From: a virus
Virus record (IMG/VR): IMGVR_UViG_3300010413_000018
Location: 76,729 to 140,728 of that record
Length of the DNA: 64,000 nucleotides
Direction: 5' to 3' (one strand)
Shown: piece by piece, positions 48,140 to 57,073 of the stretch
How positions within the stretch are numbered: position 1 is the first letter of the stretch
Layout of the letters: each line of letters opens with the position of its first letter
The notes under the pieces: model-generated
Told to the model about the DNA's origin: nothing
The model's database searches: none
What the model saw: only the letters and a program-made list of their open reading frames with translations
Position numbers and translations under genes: made by a program

Positions 48140-48542
48140 GACGGTGAAGGTTACGAATATCCTCTTCCGCCCATTCTGTTTCTAAGCGATCGGATTCTGC
48201 TCCAGCGACTATGAATGCGTCATGACCGGGATGGCTTTCATCCAATCCAATAAATTCAACTTCATCATCACTGCCTTCAATAGGTTTAAAAATCATTTCT
48301 GGTACGTCTTCTTCTTGAATGTCGTCTAGCGGATCGTGGCGTTTAGGGCGCTCTTCAACCCACCATTTATACAGCGCTGTCATTTCCTCCCACACTTTAA
48401 GGTGTGGTTCCGTTGCCTTCCAGTCTATTTTTTCAGCGTCGCCTTCCATAAATTCCACCAAGCACTGGAACGCACCATGTAAAATCAACTCGCGCGGTTC
48501 GCAGTAACCGTCTTCAAGATCTTTCAAAACTATAGTCTGCAT
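48108..48542 (-). CDS. Hypothetical protein
   Basis: GAGG RBS; ILHGAFQCLVEF...LYKWW pattern. Confidence 0.7.
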   Translation of the reverse strand: MQTIVLKDLEDGYCEPRELILHGAFQCLVEFMEGDAEKIDWKATEPHLKVWEEMTALYKWWVEERPKRHDPLDDIQEEDVPEMIFKPIEGSDDEVEFIGLDESHPGHDAFIVAGAESDRLETEWAEEDIRNLHRLVEISPFLWY

Positions 48543-48550
48543 AATAACCT

Positions 48551-48988
48551 CTAATCAGGCGCTACAAGGGCAAACGCCGTTTGAAAAAATTCAATACTGT
48601 CCAACAATTCTTGCTGATGTCGTCTAATTAAACTGCCTGGCACCGCGAACTCGCACAACGTGGCTAGTGCTAACACTTGATACTGGGACATTTTCATTAT
48701 CCCAAATTGCGCCGACCAACGCGTTGACTGGTGCGACTGGGTGTACATCGCGTGAGCAATCATAAAAGCGTCAATACTGCAAGCAGGCTGTTCGCGTAAT
48801 GTGTGCATTCTTTTTTCTGTAAAGCGCGGCGCCAACTTATTTCGATATTTCCGTGGAAACTTAAACGCGGAACCGCGTACTAAAGCCTGTATTTGGCGAT
48901 CAATAACTATGATGCTTTTCCATCCAGCAGTATGCGGGTACGGGCTAGACATTAGGCGCTCCAGCTGCTTTGTATACGATTTACCCAT
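48551..48988 (-). CDS. Hypothetical helical protein (TAxxL-tail group)
   Basis: C-terminus SIEFFQTAFALV. Confidence 0.65.
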   Translation of the reverse strand: MGKSYTKQLERLMSSPYPHTAGWKSIIVIDRQIQALVRGSAFKFPRKYRNKLAPRFTEKRMHTLREQPACSIDAFMIAHAMYTQSHQSTRWSAQFGIMKMSQYQVLALATLCEFAVPGSLIRRHQQELLDSIEFFQTAFALVAPD

Positions 48989-48994
48989 ATTTGG

Positions 48995-49078
48995 TTAATA
49001 CCTCAATCGTCAGATTTTTGTAAACTATCGATAGATTATCGAAAGTTTTTTGTCAAAATACTGCGCGGCGCCTATTAA
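48995..49078. promoter_or_regulatory. Divergent promoter pair with central palindrome
   Basis: Plus: TTGTCA-N17-TATTAA-N6-ATG. Minus: TTACAA-N17-TATTAA-N6-ATG. CTATCGATAG palindrome at 49025-49034. Confidence 0.65.
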
Positions 49079-49084
49079 TAATTC

Positions 49085-49333
49085 ATGGTCAAAAAGTTTG
49101 AAGAAGAGCACACCGTATGTCCAATGTGCGGAGCGACTGGTGCGATTATTGCTCCGGTGATGCCTGGCTACGGCGATGAATGGTTTTCCGGAACGTGTCC
49201 GCTGTGCGACGATAACAAATTCATCAGTCACGACTTAGCCACCGCGTATTTACTGCTGGCGGATAACTTAGACCAGATACCGGCTGAATGGCGCGTGCGT
49301 AAGCTTAAGAAGGAGTTGGACTCGGCTAAGTAA
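49085..49333 (+). CDS. Zinc-knuckle variable-loop family member (only plus-strand copy)
   Basis: CPMC-22aa-CPLCDDNKFISHDLATAYLLL. Confidence 0.8.
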   Translation: MVKKFEEEHTVCPMCGATGAIIAPVMPGYGDEWFSGTCPLCDDNKFISHDLATAYLLLADNLDQIPAEWRVRKLKKELDSAK

Positions 49334-49748
49334 CAGTATGCTGGTCCAACCATTCCCACCTTAAGCACATAGCGGTTGTGATCATATTAACGGTTTCTTG
49401 ATATTGCGAACCTAACAAGCGTATCGGCGTATCAGGTAGCGCTAGCGCTTCTAATGAGTTTAATAAAATGCTGAGATTTAAAAAGCCTATGTACAGTTCT
49501 GCGATGCTAGACGTTGAATAACGCAACGCATCAATCACTCTACGTAAGCGATCGCACGCTGTCGACCCGTTTTCGGTAGAATTTGCATATAATCCAGTGG
49601 ACGGCTTATCTGGGTCAATGTCTAAAAAATGTGATTCACGAATCAACTGTTCGATGCTTTGACAAATCACGTTACCAATAACATAAATGTGCTGTTGGTT
49701 TAATGGAGTTAGCGGGAAACTGACACTAATAATGGGTGGCGTGTCCAT
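49326..49748 (-). CDS. Hypothetical helical protein (TAxxL-tail group)
   Basis: C-terminus TVNMITTAMCLR. Confidence 0.6.
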   Translation of the reverse strand: MDTPPIISVSFPLTPLNQQHIYVIGNVICQSIEQLIRESHFLDIDPDKPSTGLYANSTENGSTACDRLRRVIDALRYSTSSIAELYIGFLNLSILLNSLEALALPDTPIRLLGSQYQETVNMITTAMCLRWEWLDQHTVT

Positions 49749-49752
49749 CTAG

Positions 49753-49980
49753 CTACTCTAAAAGATAAATAACCCACATCACGTACAAGCAAAAAGCAAA
49801 TAGTAGCGCGCATTCAACCTTGACGCCGTAATGAAAATACATTGAAACGCGGCGCCACCAGTTGGTCGGAGTTTTTAACAGATCGGATACCAAGCCAATC
49901 AAAGGTAGCACCATGCTAAATAAAATGACGTAAAACCAACGGTCTTGCATCCACATGATAAAAGTAGCTGGATCTTCCAT
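49753..49980 (-). CDS. Small two-TM membrane protein
   Basis: Two hydrophobic segments. Confidence 0.65.
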   Translation of the reverse strand: MEDPATFIMWMQDRWFYVILFSMVLPLIGLVSDLLKTPTNWWRRVSMYFHYGVKVECALLFAFCLYVMWVIYLLE

Positions 49981-50429
49981 TAACCAATTTCCTTTTCCAT
50001 TAGTAGCGCAAGCGTTGTTTGTAGTAAAGAAAACTCTTTTTCCATCAACGCGCGCTGCTGTTTAAAATATGATGTCTTACATGCAAGCTGACAAATCGTA
50101 GTATACGCTTTGTAGTAGCAACTCAACCTATGCTCCAGTCTTTGCATGGTAAGACAAAAGTCAAAGTTACGTTCTTGTAGCACCCGTATTGACACACTGA
50201 AAGCGTCTTGGTCAAAGCGCTCCTTAAAATTTCTCATTACAGTGTAATCCGGCTTTTGAACAACTTTAAAATCTTGCAGGTGCTTAGGATACGTGCAGGT
50301 TGATAAAGTGCACCAAACCGCATCCACTAGAGTTTCCAATAATGATTGCAATTCCTTCAGACTAGTGTTAGGCAGTTGCTCAGGTATACGATACGTGAAA
50401 TCAGTCTTCGTTTTCATAGTAAGGTACAA
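49980..50429 (-). CDS. Hypothetical helical protein (TAxxL-tail group)
   Basis: C-terminus EFSLLQTTLALL. Confidence 0.6.
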   Translation of the reverse strand: MYLTMKTKTDFTYRIPEQLPNTSLKELQSLLETLVDAVWCTLSTCTYPKHLQDFKVVQKPDYTVMRNFKERFDQDAFSVSIRVLQERNFDFCLTMQRLEHRLSCYYKAYTTICQLACKTSYFKQQRALMEKEFSLLQTTLALLMEKEIG

Positions 50430-50853
50430 TCGGATTAGGTATTTGTCGCTTAAGAGTTAACGAGGCTAGTTTAACTCCCGCTTCCCAATCTTCCGGTCCG
50501 CCATCAGAGCTAACTTCTAGCCAATCACCGAGTAGTTCAGCGGCTACCGCTAAGCACGCTACCACTGCCACGTCGTAAGGTTTGCAAGCAGTTTTACAAA
50601 ACATAAATCCTTTGGTATAGGATTTTTGTAACGCCGCGCTACTGAACATAAACGTTTCATGTGCGTCGTCTAACAATCCGTTGAATCGCACTAAGGTATC
50701 GCTTAATTCTGGCTCTCCGGTTCCATCAAAACCGGCTAGCAAAAGCCCACACGCTTTGACAATTTTTGCCATGTCGCGCAACGTTTGCACGTAATTCTTG
50801 TGCTTTACCAATACGAACATAGGATTATGCTCCCAATAATGCGTGTATCCCAC
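50401..50853 (-). CDS. Conserved phage protein (MGYTHYW type)
   Basis: MGYTHYW...FNG...HETF...FCKTA.KPYD...VSSDG. Confidence 0.8.
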   Translation of the reverse strand: MGYTHYWEHNPMFVLVKHKNYVQTLRDMAKIVKACGLLLAGFDGTGEPELSDTLVRFNGLLDDAHETFMFSSAALQKSYTKGFMFCKTACKPYDVAVVACLAVAAELLGDWLEVSSDGGPEDWEAGVKLASLTLKRQIPNPIVPYYENED

Positions 50854-51200
50854 TACTCTACCTCCTTCAACAAGCGCTCGATCTCAACGCGCTCTTCTCG
50901 CCAAAGGTTGTAAAATATTCTTACCGGTTGAATAAGCGAAGGTTCGCCATGCTTAAGAAAAGAATCCAAGAACAGCTCAAACACGCGAATCCACTTAAAC
51001 GCTTTTTCACTGTCGTCCGGAGGAATGGAAATTGATACCGCTTCAAGCCAACAGTAGCCGGCCTGGCACCCAGTGTTAAAATTGTTCCATACCGCTTTAG
51101 AAAAAGCCTCCGGATTAACGGCGCGGTACGCCATGTCCGCAAGTTTTTGCACACGATCCCAAATAGGTTCGATCTTTTGTTGGTATTCGTTGAGTTCCAT
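50853..51200 (-). CDS. Hypothetical protein
   Basis: GAGG RBS; coupled ORF. Confidence 0.65.
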   Translation of the reverse strand: MELNEYQQKIEPIWDRVQKLADMAYRAVNPEAFSKAVWNNFNTGCQAGYCWLEAVSISIPPDDSEKAFKWIRVFELFLDSFLKHGEPSLIQPVRIFYNLWREERVEIERLLKEVE

Positions 51201-51206
51201 ACTTCC

Positions 51207-51476
51207 TCACTTCACATAGATCGTATTACTCGCTAAGTTGTTATTAACATTTTTATGCACACAATAAATTGGCTCAATCCAGTATCGCAATTCACCAGTA
51301 GCATCAACGACATATGGCAAGGATAATTGCATTTCGCCCCGTGAATTAATACCAATAGCAAATTCGCGGTAAGTGACGGTGGATCCTTCGTAGCATTCTT
51401 TAACCCAAGCGGTTAATTCTACTTTGAGAACGTCCACCTTTTCACACAATACGTTATGCTGAATGTACACTGTCAT
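51207..51476 (-). CDS. Hypothetical protein
   Basis: ATGA overlap with the upstream gene. Confidence 0.6.
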   Translation of the reverse strand: MTVYIQHNVLCEKVDVLKVELTAWVKECYEGSTVTYREFAIGINSRGEMQLSLPYVVDATGELRYWIEPIYCVHKNVNNNLASNTIYVK

Positions 51477-51682
51477 GGCGCTGGCCTGTTTTTTCGTTTC
51501 ATTTCTTCGTAGTGTTCATCAACGAAATCACGCGTTTTATTAGTTCTGCACTGACCACATTTATGCTTTTCTCCGTCAAAGAAACGATTTCCGTGCTTCC
51601 AATATCGGCATTCTTTATTGTTACACGTATCACACTGTACTTTACTGGATAAACTGGTACGCCTTTCGTTGGTAGGAAACAT
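51473..51682 (-). CDS. Small Cys-rich protein
   Basis: CDTC...C...CGQC. Confidence 0.6.
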   Translation of the reverse strand: MFPTNERRTSLSSKVQCDTCNNKECRYWKHGNRFFDGEKHKCGQCRTNKTRDFVDEHYEEMKRKNRPAP

Positions 51683-51699
51683 TACGGCGTCGCTCGCTT

Positions 51700-52170
51700 T
51701 CAGTTGGCATTGGCTACTGCGGTGAACTCTTGAACTTCAGTATTACGTAGAAGACGTTGACGCTTTTCGGATTCACGCCGCGCGCGCTTCAATACTGAGC
51801 TAGCAGTTTGCTGCGCTGGGGTAAGCACACTGAACGGCATCTTCGCCAAGCTACGCTGAATGCCACGTATAATGCTTGACGAATCAGTACCGATCATTCC
51901 GACGTTCAATATACGTGTAGTTCCGGTGCGCTCTTTACGCTCTAACCGGCCGTATGCGGTACGCCGCGCGGAACTCTTCCGATGATGTTCCACCACTGGG
52001 CGGTTGGCGAATTCTTTTGTCTTCTCCACCCGATTAATGGCTACCGCGTAGCGCACATGACAAGTCCCTACAAAGTACCACGCCAACGTCACGACCCTAC
52101 GTGGGTCTTTAGGATCGGGAATGTATGCGTATCGAACGCGTTCCGGTGTTACTTGATCTTCCGCTTCCAT
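51700..52170 (-). CDS. Hypothetical protein
   Basis: AGGAG RBS. Confidence 0.7.
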   Translation of the reverse strand: MEAEDQVTPERVRYAYIPDPKDPRRVVTLAWYFVGTCHVRYAVAINRVEKTKEFANRPVVEHHRKSSARRTAYGRLERKERTGTTRILNVGMIGTDSSSIIRGIQRSLAKMPFSVLTPAQQTASSVLKRARRESEKRQRLLRNTEVQEFTAVANAN

Positions 52171-52205
52171 GTATTGCTCCTGGTTTATTGGTTAATAACT
52201 CTAAA

Positions 52206-52727
52206 CTAAGCGTTATCCGACCAGCGGTCCCGCCTAAACAAATTATCCATCTTGTGGTGAAAAAGCTTCAGGCAAGCCGGGCACATCAAAAACGCTTTAT
52301 ACGTCTTCCCGTTAACTACCGCTTGCACTTGATGCTTGGCCTTTTCGTAACCGCACACTTCACACACACCGTTGTACTTTGTAAGGTCTAAGCACAGCAC
52401 GTCGGAATCCACAGTGCGCTCGAAACCGTGGGCTAAGTAAAAACGAAACTGCGAATCGGAGTCGTTATCGTAACCTCCGGGAGTAACGAGGAGCACTTCA
52501 CCGCCAACCTGCATAATCGCCAATATGAGGCGTTCCAGCAGTGCCCCTCCCAATCCCTTATTTCTTTCTTCCTTTGGGTTTACCAGTACCCGATTGACCC
52601 ACCATTCGGCGCCTATTCGCGAAGCTTCGGCGCAAGCGCGTAAAGATGACTCAAATACTGCCGCGCTGCAATGTTCAGGCGTAGCAGTAGTCCGGATCTT
52701 TTTAAGAATTTCGTCTGAAGGTTTCAT
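52206..52727 (-). CDS. GNAT acetyltransferase with C-terminal zinc finger
   Basis: VNRVLV...ERNKGLGGALL...FYLAHGF; CEVC...CPAC. Confidence 0.85.
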   Translation of the reverse strand: MKPSDEILKKIRTTATPEHCSAAVFESSLRACAEASRIGAEWWVNRVLVNPKEERNKGLGGALLERLILAIMQVGGEVLLVTPGGYDNDSDSQFRFYLAHGFERTVDSDVLCLDLTKYNGVCEVCGYEKAKHQVQAVVNGKTYKAFLMCPACLKLFHHKMDNLFRRDRWSDNA

Positions 52728-52774
52728 CGTCTCCTGAATTGCTTATACCGGTTTTTTTCATTTTTTGTAAATTC

Positions 52775-52990
52775 TCAACTTATTTTCGGATACCAATTCA
52801 ACTCGAAAAGTAACGCCTTTACGTCCCGCCAATAAATTAATCCTTTATCGTTAAACCTAAGAATGTACGCGGCAGCGACAAACTCAGGTACGACGCATCC
52901 GTCTTCACAAAGTGCGCAACCAACCTTAATATTTCGCTTGCCAGATCGATGATCAATACAGCACGGACACTGCACCAACTTTACTTCCAT
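52775..52990 (-). CDS. Zinc-knuckle variable-loop family member
   Basis: CPCC-13aa-CALCEDGCVVPEFVAAAYILRF. Confidence 0.8.
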   Translation of the reverse strand: MEVKLVQCPCCIDHRSGKRNIKVGCALCEDGCVVPEFVAAAYILRFNDKGLIYWRDVKALLFELNWYPKIS

Positions 52991-52992
52991 AA

Positions 52993-53274
52993 CTACGGCC
53001 GATCATTGCGCGGCAGCTGAAATCCTTGTTGCCGTAGTTTACGACACGCTAGGAACGGCAACTCAACCAGCCCAAGTATTTGGTAAGCTCCGGCTAATTC
53101 TACGGTTACAGAGCCAATTCCACCACATAGCGGGCACATCTTTGTCTTGTATCCAGTCGTTACGCCACGCTTTGTAATACCGTACTTTCTGATCTCAATG
53201 TTCTGCGATAGGTGTGCGAATACGCGCCCACTACCACAGCAAGCCGGGCACTCAACCCGCTTTTTGTGCTTCAT
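52993..53274 (-). CDS. Zinc-knuckle variable-loop family member
   Basis: Start MKHKK; CPAC...CPLCGGIGSVTVELAGAYQIL. Confidence 0.8.
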   Translation of the reverse strand: MKHKKRVECPACCGSGRVFAHLSQNIEIRKYGITKRGVTTGYKTKMCPLCGGIGSVTVELAGAYQILGLVELPFLACRKLRQQGFQLPRNDRP

Positions 53275-53590
53275 TTTCCATCTCCAGAAGTTCATTGATC
53301 GCATCCCAATGAGGTAGCTCTTCAATATTAACAATAACGCTGTCGTGAATGCCCATGACTTGTGGCGGATAGTTCGGGTAGAAAAGAAAAAACGCGATAC
53401 GCGTTTGCTCGTGAACTGTTTTTTGATTTTGACACAATGGACAATCGTTGTGGTAATTATGAAAACGCTTGGCACAGCGATCTAAACAATATGTATCATT
53501 ACAGAAACCTTTTCTACTAATGCCAGATAACGGATAGCGTAATATAAAACCGGTTCCGCCACATAACGGGCACTGCACTTGTTTACTCAT
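53252..53590 (-). CDS. Zinc-knuckle variable-loop family member (extra Cys/His in loop)
   Basis: Start MSKQ; CPLC...CPLCQNQKTVHEQTRIAFFLFYP. Confidence 0.8.
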   Translation of the reverse strand: MSKQVQCPLCGGTGFILRYPLSGISRKGFCNDTYCLDRCAKRFHNYHNDCPLCQNQKTVHEQTRIAFFLFYPNYPPQVMGIHDSVIVNIEELPHWDAINELLEMENEAQKAG

Positions 53591-53861
53591 CACCCGATCC
53601 CAATGCAATTATTGTTTCAACGTCCTTGAGCGAAACTGGGTCCATGTACAAACTGCGGTAGTGCTCAGCAGGAAACTGAAGGCAAAAAGCCGTAGCTACG
53701 GATGACGGAACGCACTGATTGCCGCTGCACAACGGACAGTCAACGTGCTGCACCATTCTACTGGCCCAACGTGAAAACTTAAATCGAGTTGCCTCATCGT
53801 TTACTGGCATTACAAATCCTTTACCTGCGCACATCGGGCATACGCTTTTAAACTGACGCAT
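53583..53861 (-). CDS. Zinc-knuckle variable-loop family member
   Basis: Start MRQF; CPMC...CPLCSGNQCVPSSVATAFCLQFP. Confidence 0.8.
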   Translation of the reverse strand: MRQFKSVCPMCAGKGFVMPVNDEATRFKFSRWASRMVQHVDCPLCSGNQCVPSSVATAFCLQFPAEHYRSLYMDPVSLKDVETIIALGSGDE

Positions 53862-53865
53862 TTTC

Positions 53866-53988
53866 TTACGCAAACGGGCAGTCATCAGATCGCGGACACG
53901 TTAGGCAGTCAGCGATGTCTACCTCTTCATCCCAGCCGTCAGTTTCACACGCGTAGCGTTCTTCCGAATTACGTTGGTCTTGATCCAC
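53866..53988 (-). CDS. 40-aa acidic four-Cys peptide (not in ORF track)
   Basis: AAGGAG RBS + GTG; MDQDQRNSEERYACETDGWDEEVDIADCLTCPRSDDCPFA. Confidence 0.65.
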   Translation of the reverse strand: MDQDQRNSEERYACETDGWDEEVDIADCLTCPRSDDCPFA

Positions 53989-54013
53989 AGTTATCTCCTT
54001 GCTGAGCGCGCCG

Positions 54014-54607
54014 CTAGAACGCAACGCGCGCTTTCATTTTATTGATCTCGTCGCGTACGGTTTGTTCGCGATCGGCCTCTACCTCAATGCGGTGCATTTC
54101 CGCTTCCGCTTCGTCAACCGTAATTGAAAGCCGACCGTACGGCACATGCATCATAACCGCGCAGTCAGGCCCAAAACCAGTCTCGACGCTCTCGGGAACT
54201 GTAAGCTTACGACCACAGCGCGCACATCGGCCTTCGTGCCAGAACTCAACCTTATTTAGGTTAGAGCCTTCACCTTGAAGTTGATGCAAAAACCAACGGA
54301 TCGCTTTCACGCTAGGCGCCGTATCTCCTACGCGTGACTTACGACCGTGGTTGTACTGAAGGCCGGATCGCTTCGGGAATACCTGACCGAGGTACTGGTA
54401 GCCGGTTTCGTTGTCGGATCCGCTAAGTACCTTGATAAAAATCACGTCGAAGTCGGTGTTGCCGTCAGACAACTGCTCCTTAGGCGTGCTGAACTTGTAG
54501 GTGAAGCGTGTGCCGCTGCTGGTGGAAACTAGCGTAAAAGTCGATTTTCCGCCCATTACGACACTGCGCATAATGGATTTACTGGTTATTTGCTTTCGGT
54601 GCTCCAT
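54014..54607 (-). CDS. DUF6011-domain protein
   Basis: CARCGRKLTVPESVETGFGPDC; FTLVS..SGTRFTYK and VLSGSDNE N-terminal motifs. Confidence 0.85.
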   Translation of the reverse strand: MEHRKQITSKSIMRSVVMGGKSTFTLVSTSSGTRFTYKFSTPKEQLSDGNTDFDVIFIKVLSGSDNETGYQYLGQVFPKRSGLQYNHGRKSRVGDTAPSVKAIRWFLHQLQGEGSNLNKVEFWHEGRCARCGRKLTVPESVETGFGPDCAVMMHVPYGRLSITVDEAEAEMHRIEVEADREQTVRDEINKMKARVAF

Positions 54608-54879
54608 TTTACCCCTTCCTCTTCTGACGCTAGAACCTCAAGATTACGCGCTGGGGCTTTTACCGCTGCAAAAGTGCCCCACAATAGCTTTCCTTGAAAC
54701 TGTAACGCGTATTCAATTCTATACGAAACTCTGTTAATGCCCGGCTTACCGCGCGCCGTTAGCTCGCGTAAAATAGTGCGAGCAATTTTTCCTTTATAGC
54801 GTACTAATGTATGCCTCGGTAAGTTTAGAATCTGGTCTACAGTGGCTATTTCATAGTGTTCTCTAAAGTTGTTGTGCAT
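54586..54879 (-). CDS. Hypothetical protein (predicted leaderless)
   Basis: ATG 6 nt after TATAAT. Confidence 0.7.
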   Translation of the reverse strand: MHNNFREHYEIATVDQILNLPRHTLVRYKGKIARTILRELTARGKPGINRVSYRIEYALQFQGKLLWGTFAAVKAPARNLEVLASEEEGVKWSTESK

Positions 54880-54885
54880 ACTTTT

Positions 54886-54932
54886 ATTATAGCTCCATTC
54901 CGTAATAGTGCAAATAAAAAGTAACGTTGCAA
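54886..54932 (-). promoter_or_regulatory. Conserved promoter, copy 2
   Basis: TTGCA-acg-TTACTTTTTATTTGCA-N17-TATAAT. Confidence 0.85.
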
Positions 54933-54963
54933 ATAAAATAGCGTAAGTTATCGGTTTCCCTTA

Positions 54964-55110
54964 TTAAATTCCTTTCTAAACCGGGCAACTTTGGAGTATT
55001 CAAGCAACCTTGTAATTCTGGTATACCGGTTTACCAGTAATAGGGTTCTTACCTGCATCACGTAAATAACCGCGCCCTTCACACAGCTCGCATTTTACAA
55101 GTCTACTCAT
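54964..55110 (-). pseudogene. Decayed zinc-knuckle family copy
   Basis: MSRLVKCELCEGRGYLRDAGKNPITGKPVYQNYKVA*ILQSCPV*KGI* in one frame. Confidence 0.7.
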
Positions 55111-55375
55111 GCAACGCCGTATTATAGCTAAGCCGCAGTTCAGTTACTGCTTTGTACTCAGCAACGTGTAAATCACCAAACATCAGCGTGAAGGCTGCAC
55201 TCAAGTCTACCGTAACAAGTCCTGCACCGTAGCAAAGTGGGCAGCGCATTGAATCGCCATTGATATATGCCCAATGTATAATACGTATTATCTCACTGAA
55301 AGCCCCCAGAATGATCCTCCGCTTACCGCGACAAAGCGGACAACGTTCTCTATGATGTTTTCTACGCGCTGCCAT
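55103..55375 (-). CDS. Zinc-knuckle variable-loop family member
   Basis: Start MAARR; CPLC...CPLCYGAGLVTVDLSAAFTLMFG. Confidence 0.8.
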   Translation of the reverse strand: MAARRKHHRERCPLCRGKRRIILGAFSEIIRIIHWAYINGDSMRCPLCYGAGLVTVDLSAAFTLMFGDLHVAEYKAVTELRLSYNTALHE

Positions 55376-55376
55376 C

Positions 55377-55667
55377 TTACATACGCTTAATATCGACAAT
55401 ATCTTCCACAGTAGGCAGTTCATCAATTTCTGCTTCTGGACAGTAGTTAGGAAACATCAACGTGAACGCTACCGCCCAACGTTCCAAGACTTTGCGCGTA
55501 CCGTTACAAAGTGGACAATGCGCTGTAATCAAACGAAAATCCGGATTACGCATAGGTCTAAAATAATGATACGTAATGTCTGCAGTAAACGCACGCATAT
55601 GCCCCATTGGAACAACAGCTTGAAACGCACACATCGGACACCCACACTTTGGTTGCTTACGTTTCAT
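55377..55667 (-). CDS. Zinc-knuckle variable-loop family member
   Basis: CPMC...CPLCNGTRKVLERWAVAFTLMFP. Confidence 0.8.
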   Translation of the reverse strand: MKRKQPKCGCPMCAFQAVVPMGHMRAFTADITYHYFRPMRNPDFRLITAHCPLCNGTRKVLERWAVAFTLMFPNYCPEAEIDELPTVEDIVDIKRM

Positions 55668-56056
55668 TATGCTTCAATCAAGTCTTGGCGAGGGTCGCCG
55701 CCGTATTCATCACACAGGGCTACGACTGCTGAGCCGTGCTTTTTTAACGCTGCTTTAAACCGTGAATTCCGATCGGCTTCTGAAGTTAATTCTTGCTGTT
55801 CACCAACAGCAGCCCAATCTAGTAATGCCGACATCACCGGAGAATTGTCAAACGTGCCAAACCTAAGCGTATATTGGCACGCATTGTACACGCGACGGGT
55901 ATCCCGTAGCGTTAGCTCTATCTTACAGCTATCTTGCGGTGTTTGATCGCCTTGTGCGGATTGATCCATTATAAGGGCTAAAATATAGCCCAACTCGTAA
56001 ACTGATTTTCTTGCGTTGTCTTTACTCATGATTTCCTTTCTTGCGCTTTTGCGCAT
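55667..56056 (-). CDS. Hypothetical protein
   Basis: Probable start MSKDN after AAGGA. Confidence 0.65.
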   Translation of the reverse strand: MRKSARKEIMSKDNARKSVYELGYILALIMDQSAQGDQTPQDSCKIELTLRDTRRVYNACQYTLRFGTFDNSPVMSALLDWAAVGEQQELTSEADRNSRFKAALKKHGSAVVALCDEYGGDPRQDLIEA

Positions 56057-56310
56057 TGAAGTACTGCTTCCACTTCATTGTCTGCTACCATTGTATAACC
56101 AGACGAACTGTAGCCATAACCAAAATCCGGCCGGATTAAGAAAAACGCGGTATGCAACTCAATGCTTACCGATTGATGCCCATCGCACAACACACAATTA
56201 AGCACTTCCCAAGAGCCGCAAGCCGTATTGTTGATTATGTATCCGGTGTTTGGCACTCGTACAACTAACCCGGTTCCGAGGCACAATGGACATGTAAGCT
56301 TATCGCTCAT
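56026..56310 (-). CDS. Zinc-knuckle variable-loop family member
   Basis: Start MSDK; CPLC...CVLCDGHQSVSIELHTAFFLIRP. Confidence 0.8.
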   Translation of the reverse strand: MSDKLTCPLCLGTGLVVRVPNTGYIINNTACGSWEVLNCVLCDGHQSVSIELHTAFFLIRPDFGYGYSSSGYTMVADNEVEAVLQCAKAQERKS

Positions 56311-56409
56311 ATTGACAGCCACGCTACCAAAAGTAGTAGCCCTAAAAAGCAACTAACTATAACGACTTCGTTGTACATCAGCGAAAATAAGATCCTTCCT
56401 TATTAGCGT

Positions 56410-56733
56410 TTACGGTTCATTTTGAAAACAACCAAACGCGCGCGCTTGCTTCAGCTTATACGCACCTATTGACCTAACGTCTCCGTTCCGCAGCCGCGTT
56501 CCAAAAGCAGGTTCCAACAATAAAAACGCCGCTGATACAGTCTCCAGCACTTTTCCCATTCCATTACACAGCGGACAAACTATCACCATCCAAGAACCGC
56601 GCGCCACTAAAAGGCTGGTGTACTCACCTAGCGGTTTGTAGCGATCTCGATTGCCAAATAAAACAACTTCCTGCGTATTGCACATTGGACAGCGCACTAA
56701 TTCTGTTGATGTTGGCATGCTTATTTTATTCAT
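56410..56733 (-). CDS. Zinc-knuckle variable-loop family member
   Basis: CPMC...CPLCNGMGKVLETVSAAFLLLEP. Confidence 0.8.
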   Translation of the reverse strand: MNKISMPTSTELVRCPMCNTQEVVLFGNRDRYKPLGEYTSLLVARGSWMVIVCPLCNGMGKVLETVSAAFLLLEPAFGTRLRNGDVRSIGAYKLKQARAFGCFQNEP

Positions 56734-56746
56734 GGTTACTTAATAC

Positions 56747-57073
56747 TCACTGATTAAAACTTTTGAGAAGCATTTTAATATCGCGCATACGTGGAATGTT
56801 TGTATCCCAAACCGTGGAATCCCCATCATCACGATAGTCAGGAAATAATAAGCTCAGCGCGGTAGCGATCGCAGAACTCGTGACTTTCACTCCATGACAC
56901 AAAGGACACTTCACCGTCATTTCCCAGCTCATTGTAGTTCCAGCACGACCGTCTAAATATGCGTCATTAGGATCTTCTGTGGTTACAATATTTGGATGGT
57001 TAGGATCTGGCGTTTGTACCACTCCGTGACCAAAGCACAATGGGCACGTTACTTTTGACACATGCGCCCCCAT
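56747..57073 (-). CDS. Zinc-knuckle variable-loop family member
   Basis: CPLC...CPLCHGVKVTSSAIATALSLLFP. Confidence 0.8.
   Translation of the reverse strand: MGAHVSKVTCPLCFGHGVVQTPDPNHPNIVTTEDPNDAYLDGRAGTTMSWEMTVKCPLCHGVKVTSSAIATALSLLFPDYRDDGDSTVWDTNIPRMRDIKMLLKSFNQ

Noticed and set aside
54964-55110. Stop-codon reassignment to explain the in-frame stops
   Set aside because: TGA, TAG and TAA all occur in this copy and all three terminate intact genes elsewhere; decay is simpler.
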